Positions 22,285 to 34,705 of a stretch of 64,000 nt of DNA are shown here, one piece after another (the first letter of the stretch is position 1; each line of letters begins with the position of its first letter). Location of the stretch: NCBI GenBank assembly GCA_040954595.2, contig CM082591.2, positions 7,554,047 to 7,618,046 of the forward strand, written 5' to 3'. This DNA is from Balanoglossus misakiensis (Eukaryota > Animalia > Hemichordata). Under the pieces are notes generated by a model, which made no database searches, had not been told where the DNA came from, and saw nothing but the letters and a program-made list of their open reading frames with translations. Made by a program: the position numbers and the translations under genes.

Positions 22285-25173
22285 TCAGTAAAGTGGCCCT
22301 CCAAATCTGAGAGTGTCTTGATTGTGTTCGTAAAATCGATATCTGGCCAGAAATTCCTTGGCATCCTCAAGTCCATCCATATAGTACTTTTCCAACTGCT
22401 CCTTCTTTGGCGGATACAACGCATCACCAACACGGAACATATTATATGGTTGGCTGTCGAAATTTTCATGGCTGACATCGCGCCAGAATGGTGTGATGTT
22501 ATCCTGGGGACGTTGATGTGCTGCTTGTTTGTTTGGTGCAATGGTGATCAGTCGTCCCGCTGGAAATTTGAATTCTTCTATTGGGGTATTTGTTACTAGG
22601 GTTCCATCAACCCAACACTGAAAATGAAAATAAAATCAAGAAATGAAATTAGTAGCTGTCGTGTTCTGATGTTATACCGCCCTACAATAAATATACACAT
22701 GTTGACGGTTGAGTTAAATCTGAGTCACAGTAGTTTAATCTGAACCATCCAGGCGATATATCATAGTAGCTATGAAATTAAAAATACAAATAATATTGAT
22801 TTCTTATACAGCGCATTTATACATAGTACATCTCAACGCGACTGAACAATTATCCCCCTGGTCATTGGACCTACTTTTTTCCATTCAACTCCCCAGGGAG
22901 CAAACAACAGCTCACATGTGCAGTCGTTACATCAACTCAGCAGAGCTTAACACACACAAAACATCTCTGTCCTAATACTAAGGTACACATTACATACATC
23001 ACAACTTAAAAAGAATCATACATATATGTACTTAAGCATGTATATTCAGTATTTAAAAATTGAAAATATTGTCATTTCTTTTAATTGTTGATTTTTGGAT
23101 TACCTCCGACCTGTGTATGTTTAATGAAAATCTGTGATAAACTATAAGGGTCACCGCGATTGTTTATGAAATACAGAGCCATGAATTTAGTCGATAATAG
23201 AAGAAACCTGCTGAGTCGGCATTTTTCACCAATGGTTTGTCTACAGGTAAAAAATTTAACGCAATTTATCTCAAAGGAGAGTGTGGTGACCACACGATTT
23301 TATTTGACCAATGAATTAATATTTACTTGACTGAGCTATGTGTAAAATTTCAACTCTGAAAAATGTCACTATAGGGTGTAATTTGTAGCAAGGGTGAAGA
23401 TCAAACTTTGGGGACAAAGCTTCATCACCTGGTGGTTTTTATTATAACAAATAAAAACTTACCTTTCCTCCCAGTTGAGGTGGTGTCCAATTTTCAAACC
23501 ATGGAACGTAATTACTGGCTAAAATTGCCTAGCAGAAAAGACGACAAAGAAACGTTATTTAATATTTGCCATACATTTGATGAACCCTTCTGTCTAAAAA
23601 CATTAAGGGCACTATAGCTGCCAATTTTTAAATTATTTTCATGATTTAACTTTCAAACTTAGACTGGTCCATTTCAGTTAGTTAACTGGTTGGTATACAC
23701 AAACATATTATCAACCTCTGATAAATATGAAAAGGTTAAATAATAAATGGGTGCCACACCTGTTTATTCAACTGCCCATTGCAAGAGTAAACAGCTATCA
23801 TGGTATGTGCACATGGGCATTTAAGGACAAAGAGAAGATTGAAGTCTTTCATCAATTAGAAATATGGAAAAAGTGGCAGCTATTGGGGCTTTAATTATTA
23901 TAATTATGAATGATTACCTGGATAAGATCTTCCCTACTGGCATATCTTGATATCACAGTTGGTGTACCAAGCTTCCAGTACTTCTCTCCCACCAGAAATA
24001 TTTTGGGTTTTTGTGACACTGATGGCGGAATCATAGTCTCTTCCAGCGAGGGTGCTCTATAGTTGAGAGGTTTCGTTGTTGGTATCAGTTCTGTTACCAG
24101 GATGAACAACCTGTTGTCGCAGATCTTGTGCGCATCAGGTGGGAGTTCACATTCCAGGAGGTGTCGTAAACTGGCCATCAGGTCAAAGGTCGTGGTGAGA
24201 GCACCCTTAGGTAACCTTTGGATGTCTTGGGTTAGCTTGATGATGTCGTTCAGCAAAGCCTGTACAAAAAGGATAGTTTATGCAAATATGTTTTTATTCA
24301 ATTTTTATGTTTGAGGTTAAAGTTTGTATGCATACATAACCAACATTTTCAATAAATTGTAATTTTCTATCAATAATCCAAATCCTCAACTCCCCAAAAT
24401 ATACATCTTATAGGTTGATGATCGTCATATGCACATGTGTGTAATTTCGTGTGTACAAACATTACATCCAATCCAAATGTTCTGCAAATTTTGCGCTCAA
24501 CGCATTCAAAAAGTGGATTGCCTAAAATGCTTCCTTTCATATTTCATGTGCACTGTATAAGTAGACTTTAGTTTTGTCCCTTCTTTTCACCCAATTTGCT
24601 GTCTTTTCCTGATCTCCGACACAGACTATGGTCGCCGCCATCATGTCTGTTGTTAGGACAGCACACTGCCTTATGGCATTGACTGTATACACATTTTTAT
24701 AACCAGAGTCTATGGTTTGGCGCGTGCGCATAGGATGATTGCCACCCTTTAAAGCCCAGATGCATTGTTTGTATAGGGGAACTGATTGTTTACAGTAGGC
24801 CTTAGTATACAACCAGTATTCGTACAGTGGTCATGTTTAACAATCCGATTTGTTGACTTTCAAAATATCTTTTGGCAACAGACAATTGTACGGAAACATT
24901 TTTGCACAGTTATGTACACGACAAAATGGTCAAAACGTCACAAACATAAGTCAACAGTCATATATTAAAAGAATGCATACTTACTAACATTTTTTCTGGT
25001 GCTGTAAGCATATAGGCTGCTGCAATAGAACCTGCTGACGTGCCCCCATAGCACTGGACTTTCTTTAAGACCCCTTTTGCATGGTCTAACATAGACTGTG
25101 CAGAACCAATGTTGTATACACCAAGAAATGATGTCCCAGAAAATACCACGTTGAAGGAATCTGGTTCTCCCAT
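22285..25173 (-). CDS. Patatin-like phospholipase domain protein (PNPLA2/PNPLA4-like), paralog A, ~309 aa
   Basis: Exons 24985..25173, 23918..24259, 23463..23528 and 22285..22617 give 930 nt, open, all phase 0. Motifs: FSGTSFLGVY loop, nucleophile GTSAG, LPPDAH, catalytic VDGT. Probable 5'UTR exon donor near 26611. Confidence 0.9.
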
Positions 25174-25354
25174 CTTGACCACCTAGGAGCACTGCAAAGA
25201 TGAAAGAATTTTGAAGTTAATTTGTGAGCATTAAAATGGCCAAAAGCTGGAAACCAGGATAGATAGATGAAATAATCACAATCATACCTGGTTAACATGA
25301 TCATGACCTCTTAGAAGTCAATTTATATAACTGATCAACTACTGATTTGCTACA

Positions 25355-25958
25355 TTAAAGGTATACAGTCACTTCCAATTTACACACGCCAATATTTGGC
25401 TGAAAGGCTGTATTTAAGCATTCTTAAGAACATATGGTGGCGCTCTTTTTTTGGCGTGTGCCACCCACTGAAAATCTGTGATTGGTTAGATCACAATTTG
25501 CCATGGTAACTACAGTGTACAAAATAAAGCCTGTCCGACGGTCCGAGACTGGTTGTTTTTCTGTAGGACTGGTAAAAATAAAATGTTACCAGTACGACAG
25601 ACAGGTTGAATTTAGCATGGGAGTTGACCAGTGGTATCATGACATCTTTTAGACTTTCCCCAGTTCATGTATTGCAAATAAAAGAAACAATGATGTAAAA
25701 GTTTGAAAATTATCAAATCAAAGTAATGTAAAGAGAAAGATGATTCCATCCCATCTTCAATTGTTCACAGATAAGGTAATAGCTTCTCAGTTGTATTTGA
25801 TTACATTTAAGTGTAAGGCATAATATCAGGACTGGTCAGTTTTTGGCAGGACTGGCAACTTTTTGAAGTTGCCAGTCCTGGTGACTGGTTGATTTTCCCT
25901 ATGAATTTCGAACACTGGTAACTATAGTTAATTTTCCACAGGTGACTGTATACCTTTA
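25355..25958. mobile_element. TTAA-flanked MITE (family C, Kolobok-like) interrupted by a hAT-like insert at 25513..25917; other copies ~5797-6186, 52478-52674, 56953-57145
   Basis: TTAA|AGGTATACAGTCAC ... GTGACTGTATACCT|TTA. The insert has CAGTGT...ACACTG termini and a duplicated gtaacta. Confidence 0.7.
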
Positions 25959-27742
25959 GTGAGCAGGGGTGTTTTTTCGGCTAAAATACACGCCATGAGG
26001 CTTGAGGTAGACTAACAACACAGCAAAGTTAATCGGCCCAGTACATTAAGATGTTGAGATACTCATAACAATGTTTACTTTGTCAATATGGGGTACAAAG
26101 ATTAAGTCATTAGCATGAGGCTTGAGGTAGGCTAGCGCACAGTCCCTCAAGAAAGACTGTCTTTCTTGAGGGACTGTGGCTAGCAGCACAGCAAATTTCA
26201 AGTTAATCGGTCCAGTACATACCGATGTTGAGATACCCAGTAGTAGAGATAACAATGTTTACTCAACTTACACATCGATGGGTTACACAGATTAAGTCAT
26301 TAGCAGGTGCTTAATGGGAAATTGGATAGCTTGCATTTGGGATTAGCAACTGATAATACATGTGGGGGAATAGACACAGCAAGTAATCTGAGTTTTAATT
26401 GAAAAAAGAATGTAGATCCGGACTTCTCCGTTATTTTATTACTTAATAACATCGTAACCAGGGACGTATAGACGTATATGGCAACCCCATGTAGCCAAAA
26501 CCATGGCGTGCTACAGTGTTGGCTAAGAGAGCGTACGTCTATTTATTGTGGGGACGGTATTGTCGGTATCCGATCGTGACTGGCCGCTGTGTTTTTGTTC
26601 CGCAAACTCACTCCTCAAGTGCCACTGTCTGCAATATATCCACTTCATTGCACACTTATAAACTCAACCCAAGTGCCAGCCACCCTTTTGTGACATGAAT
26701 ACAAATGGACTGTTCTGCAGTCCTTGTGTGAGATCTCTAGCTCCTCATACCGATCGCCCTATCGACGAGTGCCAACAATGGCTGCTATGTGTCTAATAAT
26801 AATGGTTGCCATACAACGCATACACGGGTCTGTGCGTACACAACAAACACGCTTCACGCTTTCGCATTTCTCCTGTAACCCGAGATGAATACCACCGCAA
26901 AACACGCACACCAATCGTTTTATTTATCACGTCGATTCTTACCTGCGTTTCACGAAGGACGGATGTGTTTGCTCTCGCACGACGCACAACAGGTGGACCG
27001 GCTCGGACGCGTTGCCAATGGCAGCAGCGCGCGTGGAGAGTGAGCCCTCTATTGCCATTCACACTGCAGCCTGCGTCTGTTGATTGATTTGTACTACTAG
27101 TATTAACGGACCAAATAACGACTTATTAAATATTAATGGGAAGTTTACACATGCACTGTCACCTTTCAAACCATTGTGACATTTGTGATTATAACATTAT
27201 GAGAACGTCTTCGCTTTGTCAACTCATGCACGGAAGCCAAAAAGTCAAGTGCATATCAGTTGCTCTGGTAGGTAGCGGACAAAACAAACCATTTGTATCA
27301 AACCATAACCGGCCCATTTGTGTGTCAAAATGAACCGTGACGTTGCCAAATGGTTTTGAGTGACGTTGACGAACATTTTAACCAAATTGTATCCAAAAAG
27401 TATAAATCTGGTTACACATTGTACAATAAACACATTTCAGAAACTTTTGTTCCGAGTCTATATTTAGCGTGTGTGGAGCACACGCTTGGTGCGCGGTAAC
27501 CAAAACCCCGAATTCGAAACTCAGCTCAGTACCAGAAACTCGCTCAAAAGCAAGAAAACAAAAGTCTTGAGAATCTTTATAAGGACAAAAAAATCACCAA
27601 GCGGCTAGCGGACTAGTCTAATCCAGAAGGTAAAGGATTATTGAAACAAAATATATCTTCCCAGGCAACTATATCATGGAAAATTGTGTGTCTTTACTTC
27701 TAGGCAACCCAAAAATTGCTATGAAGTATTTCACAAACCTTT

Positions 27743-29365
27743 GATCGACGTTTTGTTCTAAAATATCCATGGATGCTTCCAAACACCGTCTCGTTATTTG
27801 CATATTCCGTTGTGATGCGTAGAACACATAGGCCTGAGCGCATAAGAAAGTTTTCCGGCAGACTCTGTAGATCGACGTTTTGTTCTAAAATATCCATGGA
27901 TGCTTCCAAACACCGTCTCCTTATTTGCATATTCCGTTGTGATGCGTAGAACACATAGGCCTGAGCGAAAAAGAAAGTTTTCAGGTAGACTCTGTAGATC
28001 GACGTAATGTTCTAAAATATCCATTGATGCTTCCAAACACCGTCTCATTATTTGCATATTCCGTTGAGATGCGTAGAACACATAGGCCTGAGCGAAAAAG
28101 AAAGTTTTCCGGTAGACTCTGTAGATCGACGTTTTGTTCTAAAATATCCATGGATGCTTCCAAACACCGTCTCGTCATTTGCATTTTCCGTTGTGATGCG
28201 TAGAACACATAGGCCTGAGCGAAAAAGAAAGTTTTCCGGTAGACTCTGTAGATCGACGTTTTGTTCTAAAATATCCATGGATGCTTCCAAACACCGTCTC
28301 CTTATTTGCATTTTCCGTTGTGATGCGTAGAACACATAGGCCTGAGCGAAAAAGAAAGTTTTCCGGTAGATTCTGTAGATCGACGTTTTGTTCTAAAATA
28401 TCCATGGATGCTTCCAAACACCGTCTCGTCATTTGCATTTTCCGTTGAGATGCGTAGAACACATAGGCCTGAGCGAAAAAGAAAGTTTTCCGGTAGACTC
28501 TGTAGATCGACGTTTTGTTCTAAAATATCCATGGATGCTTCCAAACACCGTCTCATTATTTGCATATTCCGTTGAGATGCGTAGAACACATAGGCCTGAG
28601 CGAAAAAGAAAGTTTTCAGGTAGACTCTGTAGATCGACGTTATGTTCTAAAATATCCATTGATGCTTCCAAACACCGTCTCATTATTTGCATATTCCGTT
28701 GAGATGCGTAGAACACATAGGCCTGAGCGAAAAAGAAAGTTTTCCGGTAGACTCTGTAGATCGACGTTTTGTTCTAAAATATCCATGGATGCTTCCAAAC
28801 ACCGTCTCGTCATTTGCATTTTCCGTTGTGATGCGTATAACACATAGGCCTGAGCGAAAAAGAAAGTTTTCCGGTAGACTCTGTAGATCGACGTTTTGTT
28901 CTAAAATATCCATGGATGCTTCCAAACACCGTCTCGTCATTTGCATTTTCCGTTGTGATGCGTAGAACACATAGGCCTGAGCGAAAAAGAAAGTTTTCCG
29001 GTAGACTCTGTAGATCGACGTTTTGTTCTAAAATATCCATGGATGCTTCCAATCACCGTCTCGTCATTTGCATATTCCGTTGTGATGCGTAGAACACATA
29101 GGCCTGAGCGAAAAAGAAAGTTTTCCGGTAGACTCTGTAGATCGACGTTTTGTTCTAAAATATCCATGGATGCTTCCAAACACCGTCTCGTCATTTGCAT
29201 TTTCCGTTGTGATGCGTAGAACACATAGGCCTGAGCGAAAAAGAAAGTTTTCCGGTAGACTCTGTAGATCGACGTTATGTTCTAAAATATCCATGGATGC
29301 TTCCAAACACTGTCTCGTCATTTGCATATTCCGTTGTGATGCGTAGAAAAAGAAAGTTTTCCGGT
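27743..29365. repeat. Tandem satellite, 127-bp unit, ~12.8 copies
   Basis: The unit gatcgacgttttgttctaaaatatccatggatgcttccaaacaccgtctc...gtagactctgta restarts every 127 nt from 27743 to 29267, with few SNPs between units. Confidence 0.97.
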
Positions 29366-31364
29366 CACCGAGCTCTTGTTCTTGAAATACAGAGCCAGTT
29401 GCTTAACGGTTGAGGGCGCGCCAGTGAACAAGTTACATGTACTTGTACGAACCATGGGCTGTGGAGAGAGTCTTACCGTTGCGTTGCTCTGCTAACACGT
29501 GTACTGTTTTATTGATAGGTTTTATGTCACATTTGTGGCAATAACAGTGTAATTTTCTCAAAGTAATACAGTCATAAATAAAGCTAGCGGTTTTTTTATA
29601 TAAAGTAAAAATGTAGTCTGCAAAGTTAATCATTTATACAACTCAGTCTTGTACATGTTATTAGAGAAATAAGCTGATTTTCAGTTATATCATATTGGAA
29701 GATTAATTTAGCTGGGAAACTTATTTGAACTTGGTATTTCTGACAGACTGTCAGATAAAAAGTGCATTTCATCTTCAATTATGGTTAGTGTTACACTGAT
29801 TGCAGTATATTTCAGTTTCGTTTGGAAATTTTTACACAAGAACCAATTTGTTGTTCAAGCTCTTTACTGACTTCGCTCATCGTTTCTTCCAAAAATTGGG
29901 ACTTCATTAGGTGCTATCTAAAGAGCAAAGAAATCTGTAACAGAGTAAGTTCACAGGATTTGCGATGTAAAATTTTAAGAAAGAAAGACGATCTCAGGCT
30001 GACCTAATAAGCTAGCTGTAGTTCGGTAACACCAGGTTTTTTTTTTCGTGTTCTCCGTCTAACAAACATCCTCAGGAAAAACCTGGAGCTAATGAACTGC
30101 AGCTGACCTTAGCTGACCTGCAGTCTCCATCGCTATCTTCAGGATAATTAATAATCTAAAAATAAACTAATAAATAAATAATTTACCACCGTCACGACCA
30201 AGGTCACGACCTACTTCAGTGCCGCAAACCAGCTACCAAAATAATCGGGACTTATACTTTGCACGAAAGTTTTATTGTATTCCATATAGGGATTTCGATT
30301 TCAACTTCTAGTCCCTGGTAATTGCGCGCAATAGATTGAAAAATCACTTGGGCGTTTCCGTATTTATTAATTTTTGAGTTTTTGCTCCGTCTGAGGCTAT
30401 GGTCAAACTGATGAAATCATGGTGAGGTGAACTTTAATATTCGACCATGCGTTGACTTATTAACGTCCATGTAAACACTGTACCGTTATGTCACTCAGCT
30501 CAGTTTTGAGGTGATTGACTCTATACATATGCAAATTATTTGTTGTCAGTGCGCCCTTCGCTACACTGGTAGCTAGGCAAGCAGGCTGCGAACAAGCTAT
30601 CAGATTGAAGCCGCGTTTCGCGTTCAATCGACGCTACTGTTTATCAGAAGACAATCGGAAGGTGTCCCTGTCTCTCTGTTTCACGGTGAGTATTGTCACC
30701 AATCGTAAAATTGGGCACAGCGCGCGGCATTGTGATGTGTTCCGCCCCGTGGGTCACAGATATATGTCTGTCTGGTGGCCGGCTGTGTTGTTGTTACTTG
30801 CAGGCGTCTCAAAAGGCTCTAGGCACGCATGGGCGAACAACACGGTTGGTGCACACACACAGCATCAGCAGTTGCATGATCGTGAATATAGTCAGTCTCT
30901 TGATCAGAACACCATGAAACTTGAAATGTGAAAGTTATAATTTGCTCTTCTGTATGGAGCTGGAGTCAAACACGGTCACTCCACCGTGAGTCAAAGTATG
31001 AAATATACTCTTCTGTACTTTTGGACTGTTTTGACCATATCTGGGCACACATCTATATATCATTAATAGTTGGCATGGCACTGACTGTGCCCATTCAGGA
31101 CATTTTTCAAACATGTATACAATATTATTACAGCTATCCATCAAATACGAAGAAATGAGGTTTTGAATTACAATTATTTTGGTAGACAACGCCTCGCCTT
31201 TTTCTCTGACTCTTGGCAATAAATTGTAGTCGATATCGAAGATGACTTTATGTCTTGGTTTAATCGTTGAGAATACACTGATAACCTTGATGAAATGGTC
31301 AAAAGCAATTCTGGGTAAAAGATCAACAACTCACTCCAGTAAGAGTTTGAAGAAATCATATGTT

Positions 31365-31605
31365 AACTGTATTTCATGACTTCCTTTGGTCAAAAATTTC
31401 CGTCTTTGCAGTTAGCATATATTACACTCATTTAACTTTTTACACATTTTGTTATTTTTTCTGTTACAAAGTTTCAGAATGACCCAGTATCAGTTATAAA
31501 CTTCTTAAACATTGCAAAATTCGACCATCTTGAAATTTCATCAACCATATGAAATTTTCATCCCTCACCTAGGTAGCAAAAACCTATTGAAGGTAGTGAG
31601 AATTA
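31365..31605. repeat. Dispersed repeat (second copy ~39428-39681)
   Basis: actgtatt(t/c)catgacttcctttggtcaaa...acctatt(g/t)aaggtag(t/g)gagaatt is shared between the two loci. Confidence 0.7.
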
Positions 31606-31845
31606 ACAAGAACTGCAGATACTCCACTCCTTGAGTAAAGATTTGGTGTCACATAGACCTGTGACAAACACTTTGAAATGTTACTTTTTTCAGAGAAAGT
31701 GTTAGTTATTTTCAAAATATACTACAAGTACCGTACATGCACTGTACTGCAGCTTGGAATGTACCACTATCTGACGGGGGTTGGGAAGTCCATTAAGAGT
31801 GATGAAAGTTAAATCATTTTCTTTCATATATTTTCAGATTTCAGT

Positions 31846-34705
31846 ATGTCGGATTATCTGAATCCGCCGTTTAACTGTGTCTTCAATGGCAGTTCTTTCC
31901 TGGGCATTCTCAACATTGGTTCTGGGCAGTGTCTGATAGATCATGGCAGAGGGATACTTCAGCATGTACAAGCCTTTGGTGGAATGTCATCTGGAGCTTT
32001 GGTTGCAGCTATTATGGCTACAGCGCCTGAGAGACTACAGGTATCAGTTTCAGCTTTTTTTAGCTCCTATCCAGTCAATGTATATATAGTATACACATGT
32101 TGACTGGCCATAAGGGCAACAGCATACGTCTGTAACCCGAGGGATTGTGAGTCATCCCCCCAAGACAGTCTGATTCACGAGGCCAAAGGCCGTGTGAAAC
32201 AGTCTGGGTGTTTGTTTGTTTGTTTGTTTGTTGTTGTTTTTTTTGGGGGGGTGACTAACAGTCCCAAGGGGTGAAAGACGTAAGCTGTTGCCCGAAAAGC
32301 CCGTCAATATGTGTTTTGTAACACATCTCATCCGCAACTATGCATAAGAACTCACCATACACAAAGTGAGCGGGCATCATTTTTCGGAACTGATGCCCGG
32401 CGGGCAACAGCACAAAAAGAATGCACACCACGTGACTATCAATTGACGAATGAGAACACAGTCTGGAGATGACGTGTGTCATAATAAAACCTGTCTAAAT
32501 CGAACCTGTCTAATATGGAAATCTGTCTATACCAAAGTCCCTTTCACATACAGCCACATGTTAATAGAACCTCTGTAAACCAGACACCTCTAAAAACCGG
32601 ACAATATCTCCAGTCCCTTTGGTGTTCAGTTTAGACAGGTTTTATAGTAGCTTTAAAGCTCTTCACTATATGTAACTTGATTATAACACCTTTTTAGTAT
32701 TTTGTTCTGTAGATCAGCGATGGTTGTCTTCCTAAATAGGAAGCCCCATGAGCTGCAACTCAATAAAAAAATAAGTTTTAAATAATCTTGGATATGATTT
32801 TAGTTCAGTCTATTAAATGATATTACCTGATCGTAAATCAAGAAAATAATTATTTAATAAAAAAATGACAATATGTCCAAAAAATAAAGAAATGTCAGTA
32901 CAGTTGAATATATTCCTGCAATTTAAAAAAGAAGTGAAATATTGCAATGAAAGTGCAATGTCTCAGTGAAGTACATTTACTTGCATGTGTTCTAGTTGAT
33001 GAGATCATGCTTTGTTTATAAAATGTTTGTACAGTTTGAAAAAAAAATCATGATAATTATACCCAAAAGTTAGAGCTTATGGAGCTTTAAAGCATATGAT
33101 ATTTCAGTGAAACAATTCTGATCACATGACAGCATCATGGTGTTCTGGACGTCGTTTGTATCTTACAGGATTATAGGACAGCTCTTTATAACCTCATCTC
33201 AGAAATCTCTCAACAACCACAAGGAGCTCTAACACCAGGATACGACATGGTGAATTACCTACGACAAACTCTTCATCAAATTCTACCACACGACGCACAT
33301 GTAAAAGCCAGTGGTAGACTCTATGTTAGCTGTACTCAATTAGTCCCTGTGGATCAGTATGCGCCACTGACTGTACACGATGTAGATCAAGGAACCAGCT
33401 CAAGTCGATTTTCTAAAGGACCAAAGAGATTCCAAGTCGGACAGTGCTGCTGGGAGCTCGGGGAACGTCTTATTTTTAACAGCTATGGAAGCAAAAATGA
33501 TCTTATTGAAGTAAGTTTGTTTTGTTCAATTCAGCCAGGCAGGAAATATCATATTGGCCGTTAGGCCAAATAAAAAATATCGAAATAATTGCACTTTCAT
33601 TGCAACTTTACTGAATATGTTATTATTCTGTTTTTGGTCCTAGATTCTTTTAGGTTGTGCAAGTGTGCCGTGGTATGAAGAATACAAGCCTACAGTGGTA
33701 AATGGCAAGGTATGTGGTCATTTAACATTTAGTGGCTCACATTTTGGAAGGCCAGGTTGCCATCTCTTGCAAAACATTGTTGGTATTTTTATCTCAAAAC
33801 GTTATACGGTTATGTTATGAAATTCATCGATATAGAAAATATGTAAAAATCAGGAAAATGACAATATTATGAATTTTGAGAAGTCCACTACTTTGGTCTG
33901 GTAGATATTAATAGGGACAAAGTCTCTCTCTTGCTGCTCTTTTTTTTCATTAATTCTGTTTGATACAAGACACCATTTATGTTATTCCACAGAAGGATAT
34001 ATAGTGAATCAACGTTCAACCACACACAACTTCCATCCCGTTTGTAGGATATATGAGAATAAAAATCTCGCCAAAATGAATAAACGGTAGAGACTGATTA
34101 TTCATTTTGGCGAGTTTTCACTCTCGTGTCTACAAGTGGGATGGAAGTTGTGTGTGGTTGAACGTTGATTCACTATATATCCACATGTAGGATAAAATAA
34201 ACGGTGTATTGTATCAAACATAATATTGATGGAAAAAGGACAACGAGAGAGAGAGACTTTGTCCCTTTATATATTCCATTTACCACTTTAGGAGAATTAG
34301 TCTTTGTTATCTGGCTTCTGTTTTGTGTTACAGTACATGGTCGATGGAAGTCTATCAAACAAAGCCAATTTGCCGGAAGAATTCCAGTTTCCATTCCCAC
34401 AAGGAAGTCTAATTCGAATCTCGCCCGATCCAAAGAACCACGCCAAAACGAGAGACAAGATCGCAACAGGATGGTTGGACACGAGCGGTCAGCGATTTGA
34501 CGTCAGCCCTCTACACATGTTCCAAGTAGGAAAAGGTTTATTTGGTCCCCCTAGAGGACATCTTGAAGCATTCTACGTGAATGGTTACGAAGACGCAACG
34601 CGATTTTTGAAGTTTTACCACGCTTATGAAAACTGTACAGAGGGGATTCTTCCGCGGGAAAGACAATATGCGGCCATTCATTCTGTCAAAGATCTGGCAC
34701 CCTGA
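31846..34705 (+). CDS. Patatin-like phospholipase domain protein (PNPLA2/PNPLA4-like), paralog B, ~324 aa
   Basis: Exons 31846..32040, 33169..33510, 33644..33709 and 34334..34705 give 975 nt, open. Internal exon sizes (342 and 66 nt) are identical to paralog A. Motifs: GSSFLG, GMSSG, LPHDAH, VDGS. Probable 5'UTR exon donor near 30686. Confidence 0.9.

Noticed and set aside
27700-29365. CRISPR-like array, or a family of ~95-aa repeated ORFs (MFYASQR...)
   Set aside because: The units are contiguous near-identical 127-mers with no unique spacers and no cas genes in a eukaryotic context. The staggered ORFs arise because 127 is not a multiple of 3.
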